From Macrostomum hystrix (taxonomy: Eukaryota; Animalia; Platyhelminthes): a DNA stretch of 64,000 nt. Where the stretch lies: NCBI GenBank assembly GCA_950097015.1, contig CATNEN010000039.1:11346001-11410000 (forward strand), in the 5' to 3' direction. A model generated the notes under the pieces. That model was not told the DNA's origin, did no database searches, and saw only the letters and a list, made by a program, of their open reading frames with translations. The position numbers and the translations under genes are program-made. Shown piece after piece: positions 25,801 through 37,873 of this stretch; position 1 is the first letter of the stretch, and each line of letters opens with the position of its first letter.

Positions 25801-28800
25801 TGGAACTGTCAGAGAAGAACTGGAACTGTCAGAGAAGAACTGGAACTGTCAGAGAACAACTGGAACTGTGAGAGAAGAGCTGGAACTGTCAGAAAAGAGC
25901 TGGAACTGTCAGAAAAGAGCTGGAACTGTGAGAGAAGAGCTGGAACTGTGAGAGAAGAACTGGAACTGTGAGAGAAGAACTGGAACTGTCAGAGAAGAAC
26001 TGGAACTGTCAGAGAAGAACTGGAACTGTCAGAAAAGAGCTGGAACTGTCAGAAAAGAGCTGGAACTGTGAGAGAAGAGCTGGAACTGTGAGAGAAGAAC
26101 TGGAACTGTGAGAGAAGAACTGGAACTGTCAGAGAAGAACTGGAACTGTCAGAGAAGAACTGGAACTGTCAGAGAAGAACTGGAACTGTCAGAAAAGAGC
26201 TAAAACTGTGAGAGAAGAACTGGAACTGTCAGAGAAGATCAGGAACTGTCAGAGGCTGTAAAGTGTACATAATAGAATATCACCTTCAATGATCAGCTTG
26301 TAGTCCTGGGCCATGATACCGCCATTTCGCAGGCTCACCTGGCACAGGTACTGGCCAGCATCACCCAGTCGCACGGGCTCGATGATCAGGTTCCAGTACC
26401 CTGCTGTCTGGGACACATTCAGCCGCATGCGGTCCTTGTCTGCGGCAAACATCAAAGTGCCCACCGTCAGCGGAATGTCGCGACCGTCGTTCTTCATCCA
26501 AGTCACCTGCATGTGGGAGAATTCTTAATTCAGTTCATTTTTCTGAACCAAAGCTACTACTGCCAGTACTTCGTAGAATTTAAATTAAACAGGGGTTTAG
26601 TCGTTTAGTCCGAGATGGTTGAACCGAAGCAAAAAAATGTGTACTACGCTCATACAGGACATTAAATTGAGTACACAAAATTTCTATGTGATTCTCTGTA
26701 TGTTTTGGTCAGCCCTGCTAACTGTTCCTGTTTTCCTGTTTAAGCACAGACCATGCATATGCCTCTACCTGGGAGAATTTTGTGTTTTTCTAGCGACTTC
26801 CTCATTGTAAATGGGCACAAAAACTGGACAGGAAGTGGGACCAACTCACAGTTTGAGGTCTCTTAGAACTTAAAGTATTTGTACCTATTTGAACCTGTAC
26901 CCATTCTGATTAGGGCTTGCAGAATATACGAAGAATATATAGTTAGGGCTCGCTATACACGATGCAATTCTGAGGTGCGTAATTATGAGTTCTTACCACC
27001 TCTCTGCCAAGATTTCGCACAACGCATTCCAGTATAGCCTTGTCCCACTCCTTGGCGATCACTTTGTAGGACACGGATGTGTCAAAGCACGCAACACCGC
27101 CATCTGCCTTGCACACTTTTACTGCACCTGCAATTTGGCAGTCAAAATTCAATGATAGAGATGAAGCAAATGTCTGTCAAGACGGAATTGAACCTGTAAG
27201 ACATGACTGTGTCCTTCTGGCATGATTTAATTGAACCTGTTAGACATGACTGAGTCCTTCTGTCATGGTGTAATTGAACCTGTTAGACATGACTGAGTCC
27301 TTCTGTCATTGTGTAATTGAACCTGTTAGACATGACTGAGTCCTTCTGTCATGGTGTAATTGAACCTGTTAGACATGACTGTGTCCTTCTGGCATGATTT
27401 AATTGAGCCTGTTAGACATGACTGAGTCCTTCTGTCATGGTGTAATTGAACCTGTTAGACATGACTGAGTCCTTCTGTCATGGTGTAATTGAACCTGTTA
27501 GACACGACTGTGTCCTTCTGGCATGATTTAATTGAACCTGTTAGACATGAATGTGTCCTTTTGGCATGATTTAATTGAACCTGTAAGACATGACTGTGTC
27601 CTTCTGGCATGATTTAATTGAACCTGTTAGACATGACTGTGTCCTTCTGGCATGATTTTATTGAGCCTGTTAGACATGACTGAGTCCTTCTGTCATGGTG
27701 TAATTGAACCTGTTAGACATGACTGAGTCCTTCTGTCATGGTGTAATTGAACCTGTTAGACACGACTGTGTCCTTCTGGCATGATTTAATTGAGCCTGTT
27801 AGACATGAATGTGTCCTTTTGGCATGATTTTATTGAGCCTGTTAGACATGACTGAGTCCTTCTGTCATGGTGTAATTGAACCTGTTAGACATGACTGTGT
27901 CCTTCTGGCATGATTTTATTGAGCCTGTTAGACATGACTGAGTCCTTCTGTCATGGTGTAATTGAACCTGTTAGACATGACTGTGTCCTTCTGGCATGAT
28001 TTAATTGAACCTGTTAGACATGACTGTGTCCTTCTGGCATGATTTAATTGAACCTGTTAGACATGACTGAGTCCTTCTGGCATGATTTAATTGAACCTGT
28101 TAGACATGACTGAGTCCTTCTGGCATGATTTTATTGAGCCTGTTAGACATGACTGAGTCCTTCTGGCATGATTTAATTGAACCTGTTAGACATGACTGTG
28201 TCCTTCTGGCATGATTTTATTGAGCCTGTTAGACATGACTGTGTCCTTCTGGCATGATTTTATTGATCCTGTTAGACATGACTGAGTCCTTCTGGCATGA
28301 TTTTATTGATCCTGTTAGACATGACTGAGTCCTTCTGGCATGATTTTATTGATCCTGTTAGACATGACTGAGTCCTTCTGGCATGATTTAATTGAACCTG
28401 TTAGACATGACTGTGTCCTTCTGTCATGGTGTAATTGAACCTGTTAGACATGACTGTGTCCTTCTGGCATGATTTAATTGAACCTGTTAGACATGACTGT
28501 GTCCTTCTGGCATGATTTAATTGAACCTGTTAGACATGACTGTGTCCTTCTGGCATGATTTAATTGAACCTGTTAGACATGACTGTGTCCTTCTGGCATG
28601 ATTTAATTGAACCTGTTAGACATGACTGAGTCCTTCTGTCATGGTGTAATTGAACCTGTTAGACATGACTGTGTCCTTCTGTCATGGTGTAATTGAACCT
28701 GTTAGACATGACTGAGTCCTTCTGTCATGATTTAATTGAACCTGTTAGACATGACTGTGTCCTTCTGGCATGATTTAATTGAACCTGTTAGACATGACTG

Positions 28801-31800
28801 AGTCCTTCTGTCATGGTGTAATTGAACCTGTTAGACATGACTGTGTCCTTCTGTCATGGTGTAATTGAACCTGTTAGACATGACTGAGTCCTTCTGTCAT
28901 GGTGTAATTGAACCTGTTAGACATGACTGTGTCCTTCTGTCATGGTGTAATTGAACCTGTTAGACATGACTGAGTCCTTCTGTCATGGTGTAATTGAACC
29001 TGTTAGACATGACTGTGTCCTTCTGGCATGATTTAATTGAACCTGTTAGACATGACTGTGTCCTTCTGGCATGATTTAATTGAACCTGTTAGACATGACT
29101 GTGTCCTTCTGGCATGATTTAATTGAACCTGTTAGACATGACTGAGTCCTTCTGTCATGGTGTAATTGAACCTGTTAGACATGACTGTGTCCTTCTGTCA
29201 TGGTGTAATTGAACCTGTTAGACATGACTGAGTCCTTCTGGCATGATTTAATTGAACCTGTTAGACATGACTGTGTCCTTCTGGCATGATTTAATTGAAC
29301 CTGTTAGACATGACTGAGTCCTTCTGTCATGGTGTATTTGAACCTGTTAGACATGACTGTGTCCTTCTGTCATGGTGTAATTGAACCTGTTAGACATGAC
29401 TGAGTCCTTCTGTCATGGTGTAATTGAACCTGTTAGACATGACTGTGTCCTTCTGTCATGGTGTAATTGAACCTGTTAGACATGACTGAGTCCTTCTGTC
29501 ATGGTGTAATTGAACCTGTTAGACATGACTGAGTCCTTCTGGCATGAATTTATTGAGCCTGTTAGACATGACTGAGTCCTTCTGGCATGATTTAATTGAG
29601 CCTGTTAGACATGACTGAGTCCTTCTGGCATGATTTAATTGAACCTGTTAGACATGACTGTGTCCTTCTGGCATGATTTAATTGAACCTGTTAGACATGA
29701 CTGTGTCCTTCTGGCATGATTTAATTGAACCTGTTAGACATGACTGTGTCCTTCTGGCATGATTTAATTGAACCTGTTAGACATGACTGTGTCCTTCTGG
29801 CATGATTTAATTGAACCTGTTAGACATGACTGTGTCCTTCTGGCATGATTTAATTGAACCTGTTAGACATGACTGAGTCCTTCTGGCATGATTTAATTGA
29901 ACCTGTTAGACATGACTGTGTCCTTCTGGCATGATTTAATTGAACCTGTAAGACATGACTGAGTCCTTCTGGCATGATTTAATTGAACCTGTTAGACATG
30001 ACTGTGTCCTTCTGGCATGATTTAATTGAACCTGTTAGACATGACTGTGTCCTTCTGGCATGATTTAATTGAGCCTGTTAGACATGACTGTGTCCTTCTG
30101 GCATGATTTAATTGAACCTGTTAGACATGACTGAGTCCTTCTGGCATGATTTTATTGAGCCTGTTAGACATGACTGAGTCCTTCTGGCATGATTTTATTG
30201 AAGCTGTTAGACACGACTGTGTCCTTCTGGCATGGTGTAATTGAACCTGTTAGACACGACTGTGTCCTTCTGGCATGGTGTAATTGAACCTGTTAGACAC
30301 GACTGTGTCCTTCTGGCATGGTGTAATTGAACCTGTTAGACATGACTGTGTCCTTCTGGCATGATTTAATTGAGCCTGTTAGACATGACTGTGTCCTTCT
30401 GTCATGGTGTAATTGAACCTGTTAGACATGACTGTGTCCTTCTGGCATGATTTAATTGAACCTGTTAGACATGACTGTGTCCTTCTGGCATGATTTAATT
30501 GAGCCTGTTAGACATGACTGTGTCCTTCTGTCATGGTGTAATTGAACCTGTTAGACATGACTGTGTCCTTCTGGCATGATTTAATTGAACCTGTTAGACA
30601 TGACTGAGTCCTTCTGGCATGATTTAATTGAACCTGTTAGACATGACTGTGTCCTTCTGGCATGATTTAATTGAACCTGTTAGACATGACTGAGTCCTTC
30701 TGGCATGATTTAATTGAACCTGTTAGACATGACTGTGTCCTTCTGGCATGATTTAATTGAACCTGTTAGACATGACTGAGTCCTTCTGTCATGGTGTAAT
30801 TGAACCTGTTAGACATGACTGTGTCCTTCTGTCATGGTGTAATTGAACCTGTTAGACATGACTGTGTCCTTCTGGCATGATTTAATTGAACCTGTTAGAC
30901 ATGAATGTGTCCTTCTGGCATGATTTAATTGAACCTGTTAGACATGACTGAGTCCTTCTGTCATGGTGTAATTGAACCTGTTAGACATGACTGTGTCCTT
31001 CTGTCATGGTGTAATTGAACCTGTTAGACATGACTGTGTCCTTCTGTCATGGTGTAGTTGAACCTGTTAGACATGACTGTGTCCTTCTGGCATGATTTAA
31101 TTGAACCTGTTAGACATGACTGAGTCCTTCTGGCATGATTTAATTGAACCTGTTAGACATGACTGTGTCCTTCTGGCATGATTTAATTGAACCTGTTAGA
31201 CATGACTGAGTCCTTCTGTCATGGTGTAATTGAACCTGTTAGACATGACTGTGTCCTTCTGTCATGGTGTAATTGAACCTGTTAGACATGACTGAGTCCT
31301 TCTGGCATGATTTAATTGAACCTGTTAGACATGACTGAGTCCTTCTGTCATGGTGTAATTGAACCTGTTAGACATGACTGTGTCCTTCTGGCATGATTTA
31401 ATTGAACCTGTTAGACATGACTGTGTCCTTCTGTCATTGTGTAATTGAACCTGTTAGACATGACTGAGTCCTTCTGTCATTGTGTAATTGAACCTGTTAG
31501 ACATGACTGTGTCCTTCTGGCATGATTTAATTGAACCTGTTAGACATGACTGAGTCCTTCTGGCATGATTTAATTGAACCTGTTAGACATGACTGTGTCC
31601 TTCTGGCATGATTTAATTGAACCTGTTAGACATGACTGAGTCCTTCTGGCATGATTTAATTGAACCTGTTAGACATGACTGTGTCCTTCTGGCATGATTT
31701 AATTGAACCTGTTAGACATGACTGTGTCCTTCTGGCATGATTTTATTGAACCTGTTAGACATGACTGTGTCCTTCTGGCATGATTTAATTGAACCTGTAA

Positions 31801-33257
31801 GACATGACTGAGTCCTTCTGGCATGATTTAATTGAACCTGTTAGACATGACTGTGTCCTTCTGGCATGATTTAATTGAACCTGTTAGACATGACTGTGTC
31901 CTTCTGGCATGATTTAATTGAAGCTGTAAGACATGACTGTGTCCTTCTGGCATGATTTAATTGAAGCTGTAAGACATGACTGAGTCCTTCTGGCATGATT
32001 TAATTGAACCTGTAAGACATGACTGAGTCCTTCTGGCATGATTTAATTGAACCTGTTAGACATGACTGTGTCCTTCTGGCATGATTTAATTGAACCTGTT
32101 AGACACGACTGTGTCCTTCTGGCATGATTTAATTGAACCTGTTAGACATGACTGTGTCCTTCTGGCATGATTTAATTGAACCTGTTAGACACGACTGTGT
32201 CCTTCTGGCATGATTTAATTGAACCTGTTAGACACGACTGTGTCCTTCTGGCATGATTTAATTGAACCTGTTAGACACGACTGTGTCCTTCTGGCATGAT
32301 TTAATTGAACCTGTTAGACATGACTGAGTCCTTCTGTCATGGTGTAATTGAACCTGTTGGACATGACTGTGTCCTTCTGTCATGGTGTAATTGAACCTGT
32401 TAGACATGACTGTGTCCTTCTGGCATGATTTAATTGAACCTGTTAGACATGCCTGTGTCCTTCTGGCATGATTTAATTGAACCTGTTAGACATGCCTGTG
32501 TCCTTCTGGCATGATTTAATTGAACCTGTTAGACATGACTGAGTCCTTCTGTCATGGTGTAATTGAACCTGTTAGACATGACTGTGTCCTTCTGGCATGA
32601 TTTAATTGAAGCTGTAAGACATGACTGTGTCCTTCTGGCATGATTTAATTGAACCTGTTAGACATGACTGTGTCCTTCTGGCATGATTTAATTGAACCTG
32701 TTAGACATGACTGAGTCCTTCTGTCATGGTGTAATTGAACCTGTTAGACATGACTGTGTCCTTCTGGCATGATTTAATTGAACCTGTTAGACATGACTGT
32801 GTCCTTCTGGCATGATTTAATTGAACCTGTTAGACATGACTGTGTCCTTCTGGCATGATTTAATTGAACCTGTTAGACATGACTGTGTCCTTCTGGCATG
32901 ATTTAATTGAACCTGTTAGACACGACTGAGTCCTTCTGGCATGATTTAGTTGAAGCTGTTAGACATGCCTGTGTCCTTCTGGCATGATTTAATTGAACCT
33001 GTTAGACATGCCTGTGTCCTTCTGGCATGATTTAATTGAACCTGTTAGACATGCCTGTGTCCTTCTGGCATGATTTAATTGAAGCTGTAAGACATGACTG
33101 TGTCGTCAGTTGTGACTGAACTGAAACTTGTTCTAGACCAGACAAAAGCAAATTAAATAAAAAAAAGTTATCTTTTACCTGTGTCTAGGGTGTAGCTGAT
33201 ACCGAAGGATGACTTAAAAAGCAGCAGCAGCAGCAACAGCTTTGGTTTCACCAGCAT
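22821..33257 (-). CDS. Dpr/ZIG-8-like two-Ig-domain cell-surface protein, probably GPI-anchored (5 exons, ~325 aa)
   Basis: Exons 33257-33179 (signal peptide MLVKPKLLLLLLLFKSSFG), 27127-26997, 26506-26284, 24803-24465 and 23026-22821. Phases 1/0/1/1 are consistent and total 978 nt. Ig1: LECVVRNLGREV|VTWMK..LTVG..WNLIIEPVRLGDAGQYLCQVS. Ig2: C..WYH..LTIGRVRPEHSGDWVC. Hydrophobic C-terminus with no cytoplasmic tail. Confidence 0.85.
25183..26252. repeat. 20-bp minisatellite (CTGGAACTGTCAGAGAAGAA) in intron 3 of the Ig gene
   Basis: About 50 tandem copies, with occasional 18-bp variants. Confidence 0.97.
27186..33103. repeat. 43-bp satellite array (~137 copies) filling intron 1 of the Ig gene
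   Basis: Unit AATTGAACCTGTTAGACATGACTG(T/A)GTCCTTCTG(GCATGATTT/TCATGGTGT); period 43 (27186 to 27229). Confidence 0.98.
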
Positions 33258-34014
33258 TTTCCGATACTTACTGATGGGAAACTAAAAACTTTTTTACTCG
33301 AATCAGTTTTGAGTTCTTTTGAGATGTCTGTGCATACAAAACGGGTTTTGCTCACTTCTTTTTTAGGCTGGGCTAGAGAAACCCATCTGAACTACCTGTC
33401 TTTCACTATAGTGTTTCGGCTCTACTGGTTGGTCAATTGTCACGAAAGTAAATTAGATAGAAAGAGTAAAATAAAAGAAGGTAGAGGGAGGTAGGGCACG
33501 ACAGCGCGTAGCAGCGAAGAGAAACGAATTAGCTTTTTAATGAAAAATATTCCATATTGTCCCCGGTGGACCAATGACTAACGCTGTGCTCACACACACA
33601 CACACAAATGACATATAGGTGGTTTAAAATAAACAAAATAAAAACAATTCTTTGATGGATTGTAAAATTTCTACAAATATGAGGCCGCAATGGCTTGCAA
33701 ACCGGCTACTGCTACTAAGACTCAAACAATTAAAAACCTATTATGCCTAACTATGGACTCAGGAATCGGCATTTGACAGGCTCAAGAACCACTTCTACCT
33801 GCCTCTTGGCTAAAATTTCTGGCACCTTTTTAGAAGAGTTATTTTGTTCATTCGCCTCTTGAGTCGAGCCGCTGGTCATGGAGAGTGTGTTGGATTCGAA
33901 ATTGAGTAAAGAGAGCTTTAAAGAAAGCATTTTCATTTTTTTTACTTTTTCTAAAATCACTTTTCGTTTTAGTAAAGTCGCTGCTCTTAATATGACCAGA
34001 CTTTTGACCTTGTC

Positions 34015-36110
34015 AGTCATTTCTATTCAGTTTGGGTCATTTCTATTCAGTTTGGGTCATTTCTATTCAGTTTGGGTCATTTCTGTTCAGTTTGGGTCAT
34101 TTCTGTTCAGTTTGGGTCATTTCTGTTCAGTTTGAGTCATTTCTATTCAGTTTGGGTCATTTCTGTTCAGTTTGGGTCATTTCCATTCAGTTTGGGTCAT
34201 TTCTATTCAGTTTGGGTCATTTCTGTTCAGTTTGAGTCATCTCTATTCAGTTTGGGTCATTTCTATTCAGTTTGGGTTATTTATGTTCAGTTTAGGTCAT
34301 TTCTATTCAGTTTGGGTCATTTCTATTCAGTTTGGGTCATTTCTGTTCAGTTTGGGTCATTTCTATTCAGTTTGGGTCATTTCTATTCAGTTTGGGTCAT
34401 TTCTATTCAGTTTGGGTCATTTCTGTTCAGTTTGGGTCATTTCCATTCAGTTTGGGTCATTTCTATTCAGTTTGGGTCAATTCTGTTCAGTTTGGGTCAT
34501 TTCTATTCAGTTTGGGTCATTTCTGTTCAGTTTGGGTCATTTCTGTTCAGTTTGGGTCATTTCTGTTCAGTTTGGGTCATTTCTGTTCAGTTTGGGTCAT
34601 TTCCATTCAGTTTGGGTCATTTCTATTCAGTTTGGGTCATTTCTGTTCAGTTTGGGTCATTTCTATTCAGTTTGGGTCATTTCCATTCAGTTTGGGTCAT
34701 TTCTGTTCAGTTTGGGTCATTTCTATTCAGTTTGGGTCATTTCTATTCAGTTTGGGTTATTTATGTTCAGTTTAGGTCATTTCTATTCAGTTTGGGTCAT
34801 TTCTATTCAGTTTGGGTCATTTCTGTTCAGTTTGGGTCATTTCCATTCAGTTTGGGTCATTTCTATTCAGTTTGGGTCATTTCTATTCAGTTTGGGTCAT
34901 TTCTATTCAGTTTGGGTCATTTCTATTCAGTTTGGGTCATTTCTGTTCAGTTTGGGTGATTTCTATTCAGTTTGGGTTATTTATGTTCAGTTTGGGTCAT
35001 TTATGTTCAGTTTGGGTCATTTCTGTTCAGTTTGGGTGATTTCTATTCAGTTTGGGTCATTTATGTTCAGTTTGGGTTATTTATGTTCAGTTTGGGTCAT
35101 TTCTGTTCAGTTTGGGTCATTTATGTTCAGTTTGGGTCATTTCCATTCAGTTTGGGTCATTTCTGTTCAGTTTGGGTCATTTCTGTTCAGTTTGGGTCAT
35201 TTCTGTTCAGTTTGGGTCATTTCTATTCAGTTTGGGTCATTTCTGTTCAGTTTGGGTCATTTCCATTCAGTTTGGGTCATTTCTATTCAGTTTGGGTCAA
35301 TTCTGTTCAGTTTGGGTCATTTCTATTCAGTTTGGGTCATTTCTGTTCAGTTTGGGTCATTTCTGTTCAGTTTGGGTCATTTCTGTTCAGTTTGGGTCAT
35401 TTCTGTTCAGTTTGGGTCATTTCCATTCAGTTTGGGTCATTTCTATTCAGTTTGGGTCATTTCTGTTCAGTTTGGGTCATTTCTATTCAGTTTGGGTCAT
35501 TTCCATTCAGTTTGGGTCATTTCTGTTCAGTTTGGGTCATTTCTATTCAGTTTGGGTCATTTCTATTCAGTTTGGGTTATTTATGTTCAGTTTAGGTCAT
35601 TTCTATTCAGTTTGGGTCATTTCTATTCAGTTTGGGTCATTTCTGTTCAGTTTGGGTCATTTCTATTCAGTTTGGGTCATTTCTATTCAGTTTGGGTCAT
35701 TTCTATTCAGTTTGGGTCATTTCTATTCAGTTTGGGTCATTTCTATTCAGTTTGGGTCATTTCTGTTTAGTTTCGGTGATTTCTATTCAGTTTGGGTTAT
35801 TTATGTTCAGTTTGGGTCATTTCTGTTCAGTTTGGGTCATTTATGTTCAGTTTGGGTCATTTCTGTTCAGTTTGGGTGATTTCTATTCAGTTTGGGTCAT
35901 TTATGTTCAGTTTGGGTTATTTATGTTCAGTTTGGGTCATTTCTGTTCAGTTTGGGTCATTTATGTTCAGTTTGGGTCATTTCTATTCAGTTTGGGTCAT
36001 TTCTATTCAGTTTGGGTTATTTCTGTTCAGTTTGGGTCATTTCTATTCAGTTTGGGTCATTTCTGTTCATTTTGAGTCATTTCTGCTTCGTCGTCTGGGT
36101 CATTTCTGCT
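34015..36110. repeat. 20-bp satellite (TTTGGGTCATTTCT(A/G)TTCAG) x~105, intergenic
   Basis: Perfect 20-bp phasing; the unit is a dimer of two related 10-mers. Confidence 0.98.
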
Positions 36111-36685
36111 AAGCTTATGTCATTTTAACGATTGGGGTCATATCTAAGTAGCTTTGGGTGATAGCCAAGCATCATTTTTTGTTTTTTTTAAGATAATTCG
36201 GGGTTAATATTACTCGTAGCAGGTTGCTATGACGACTGCAAAAGAAACTTAGGAGGCAATTTTAACCATTTTATGTTTCACAGCAAATCTGATTAAAAAA
36301 ATATCGGTGAGAACAAATAAAGAATTTTATTAAAAAGAATGACAAACAAAAAAGATGTGCCAAAACAACACGCAAGCAAAAATACTAGCTCTAACAAAGG
36401 CAAAAATAGGTTTGTTTAAATAGGCACTGTAAAGACTTGACCGACTTGACAACCATTAAAACTCAGAGAAGAAATAACAAGATCTGTGACATTATTATAA
36501 ATAAATAAAATGTGAATAAATAACTATTGTAACCTGTGAGAAAAAAGCTAATCTACATTGATTTCATGTGAGCAAAAATCTGGAAATATAAATGGACTCT
36601 GGTTGAGTGACCTGGCAGTAACCTATCTTTGGAGTCCATCCTACTCATTTACAATTTACATCCCTCAAATTGCCATTCCTGTTAC

Positions 36686-37256
36686 TCCATTCCTCTCATT
36701 TCCATCCCTCTTATTTCCATCCCTCTCATTTCCTTCCCTCTTATTTCCATCCCTCTCATTTCCACCCCTCTTATTTCCATCCCTCTTATTTCCACCCCTC
36801 TTATTTCCATCCCTCTCATTTCCTTCCCTCTTATTTCCATCCCTCTTATTTCGATCCCTCTTATTTCCATCCCTCTCATTTCCATCCCTCTCATTGCCAT
36901 CCATCTTATTTCCATCCCTCTCATTTCCGTCCCTCTCATTGCCATCCATCTTATTTCCATCCCTCTCATTTCCATCCCTCTCATTTCCATCCCTCTTATT
37001 TCCATCCCTCTCATTTCCATCCCTCTCATTTCCATCCCTCTCATTTCCATCCCTCTTATTTCGATCCCTCTCATTTCCATCCCTCTTATTTCCATCCCTC
37101 TCATTTCCATCCCTCTTATTTCCATCCCTCTTATTTCCATCCCTCTCATTTCCATCCCTCTTATTTCCATCCCTCTTATTTCCATCCCTCTCATTTCCAT
37201 CCCTCTCATTGCCATCCCTCTCATTGCCATCCCTCTTATTTCCATACCTTTCATTT
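36686..37256. repeat. 15-bp pyrimidine-rich minisatellite (TCCATCCCTCT(T/C)ATT)
   Basis: About 38 copies downstream of TTLL11. Confidence 0.96.
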
Positions 37257-37651
37257 CTATAGTTTTTATTTCCATGTCTCAAATCCAGGCATTTTTAATG
37301 CTTGTGAAAAATATTCTGACCTTGTTGTTATCTATAATCTGAGCAAGAGCAAAGTACTTTCCCGCAAGAGTCGTTGATAAAAAATGATAGAAAAAAAAAT
37401 TTCAATCAGGCCAACAACGACTAGTCCTTGCTGTTTGAAAATTGGTAGGTTTGAGCAAGTGATAATTGACATTTCTAAATTAAATATTACACTACTGCTA
37501 TTAGTGTTGGCTGATCTTGAAATATAAAATATACGAGTAGAATGTAGAAGCTTGGCCAATGTAGGAAACAGGCAGGAATTTTCTTAGATAAAATTGAAGC
37601 ATAAACTCAAACGAGGCAAAGTTTAGATCCGTAAAGTTGACCTCTGCTGAA

Positions 37652-37803
37652 CTAGAAAATTAATGGTAGAACCAGAGCCTGTTTTCCGCTGTTCTTGCTG
37701 CTGCTGCTGTTGCTGCCAGGTGCATTGCTTTCGGCTGACCTGCGCTTGGCTGCAGCTTCAGAAGTTGAAACCAAAGCTGGCAAATGCTGTCGACCACCAT
37801 GCC

Positions 37804-37873
<70 letters not shown>

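Noticed and set aside
27186-33103. CRISPR-like or ribozyme-array interpretation of the 43-bp repeat
   Set aside because: No unique spacers, no cas genes, eukaryotic intron context, and no hammerhead CUGAUGA/GAAA core.
33751-34020. 89-aa minus-strand ORF next to the satellite
   Set aside because: It starts inside the repeat, has no motif and lies upstream of the Ig gene's signal-peptide exon.
34032-37377. Long repetitive ORFs (up to 532 aa; GHFYSVWVIS, FPSLL, RDGNK repeats)
   Set aside because: Translations of stop-poor 20-bp and 15-bp satellites that are open in several frames.
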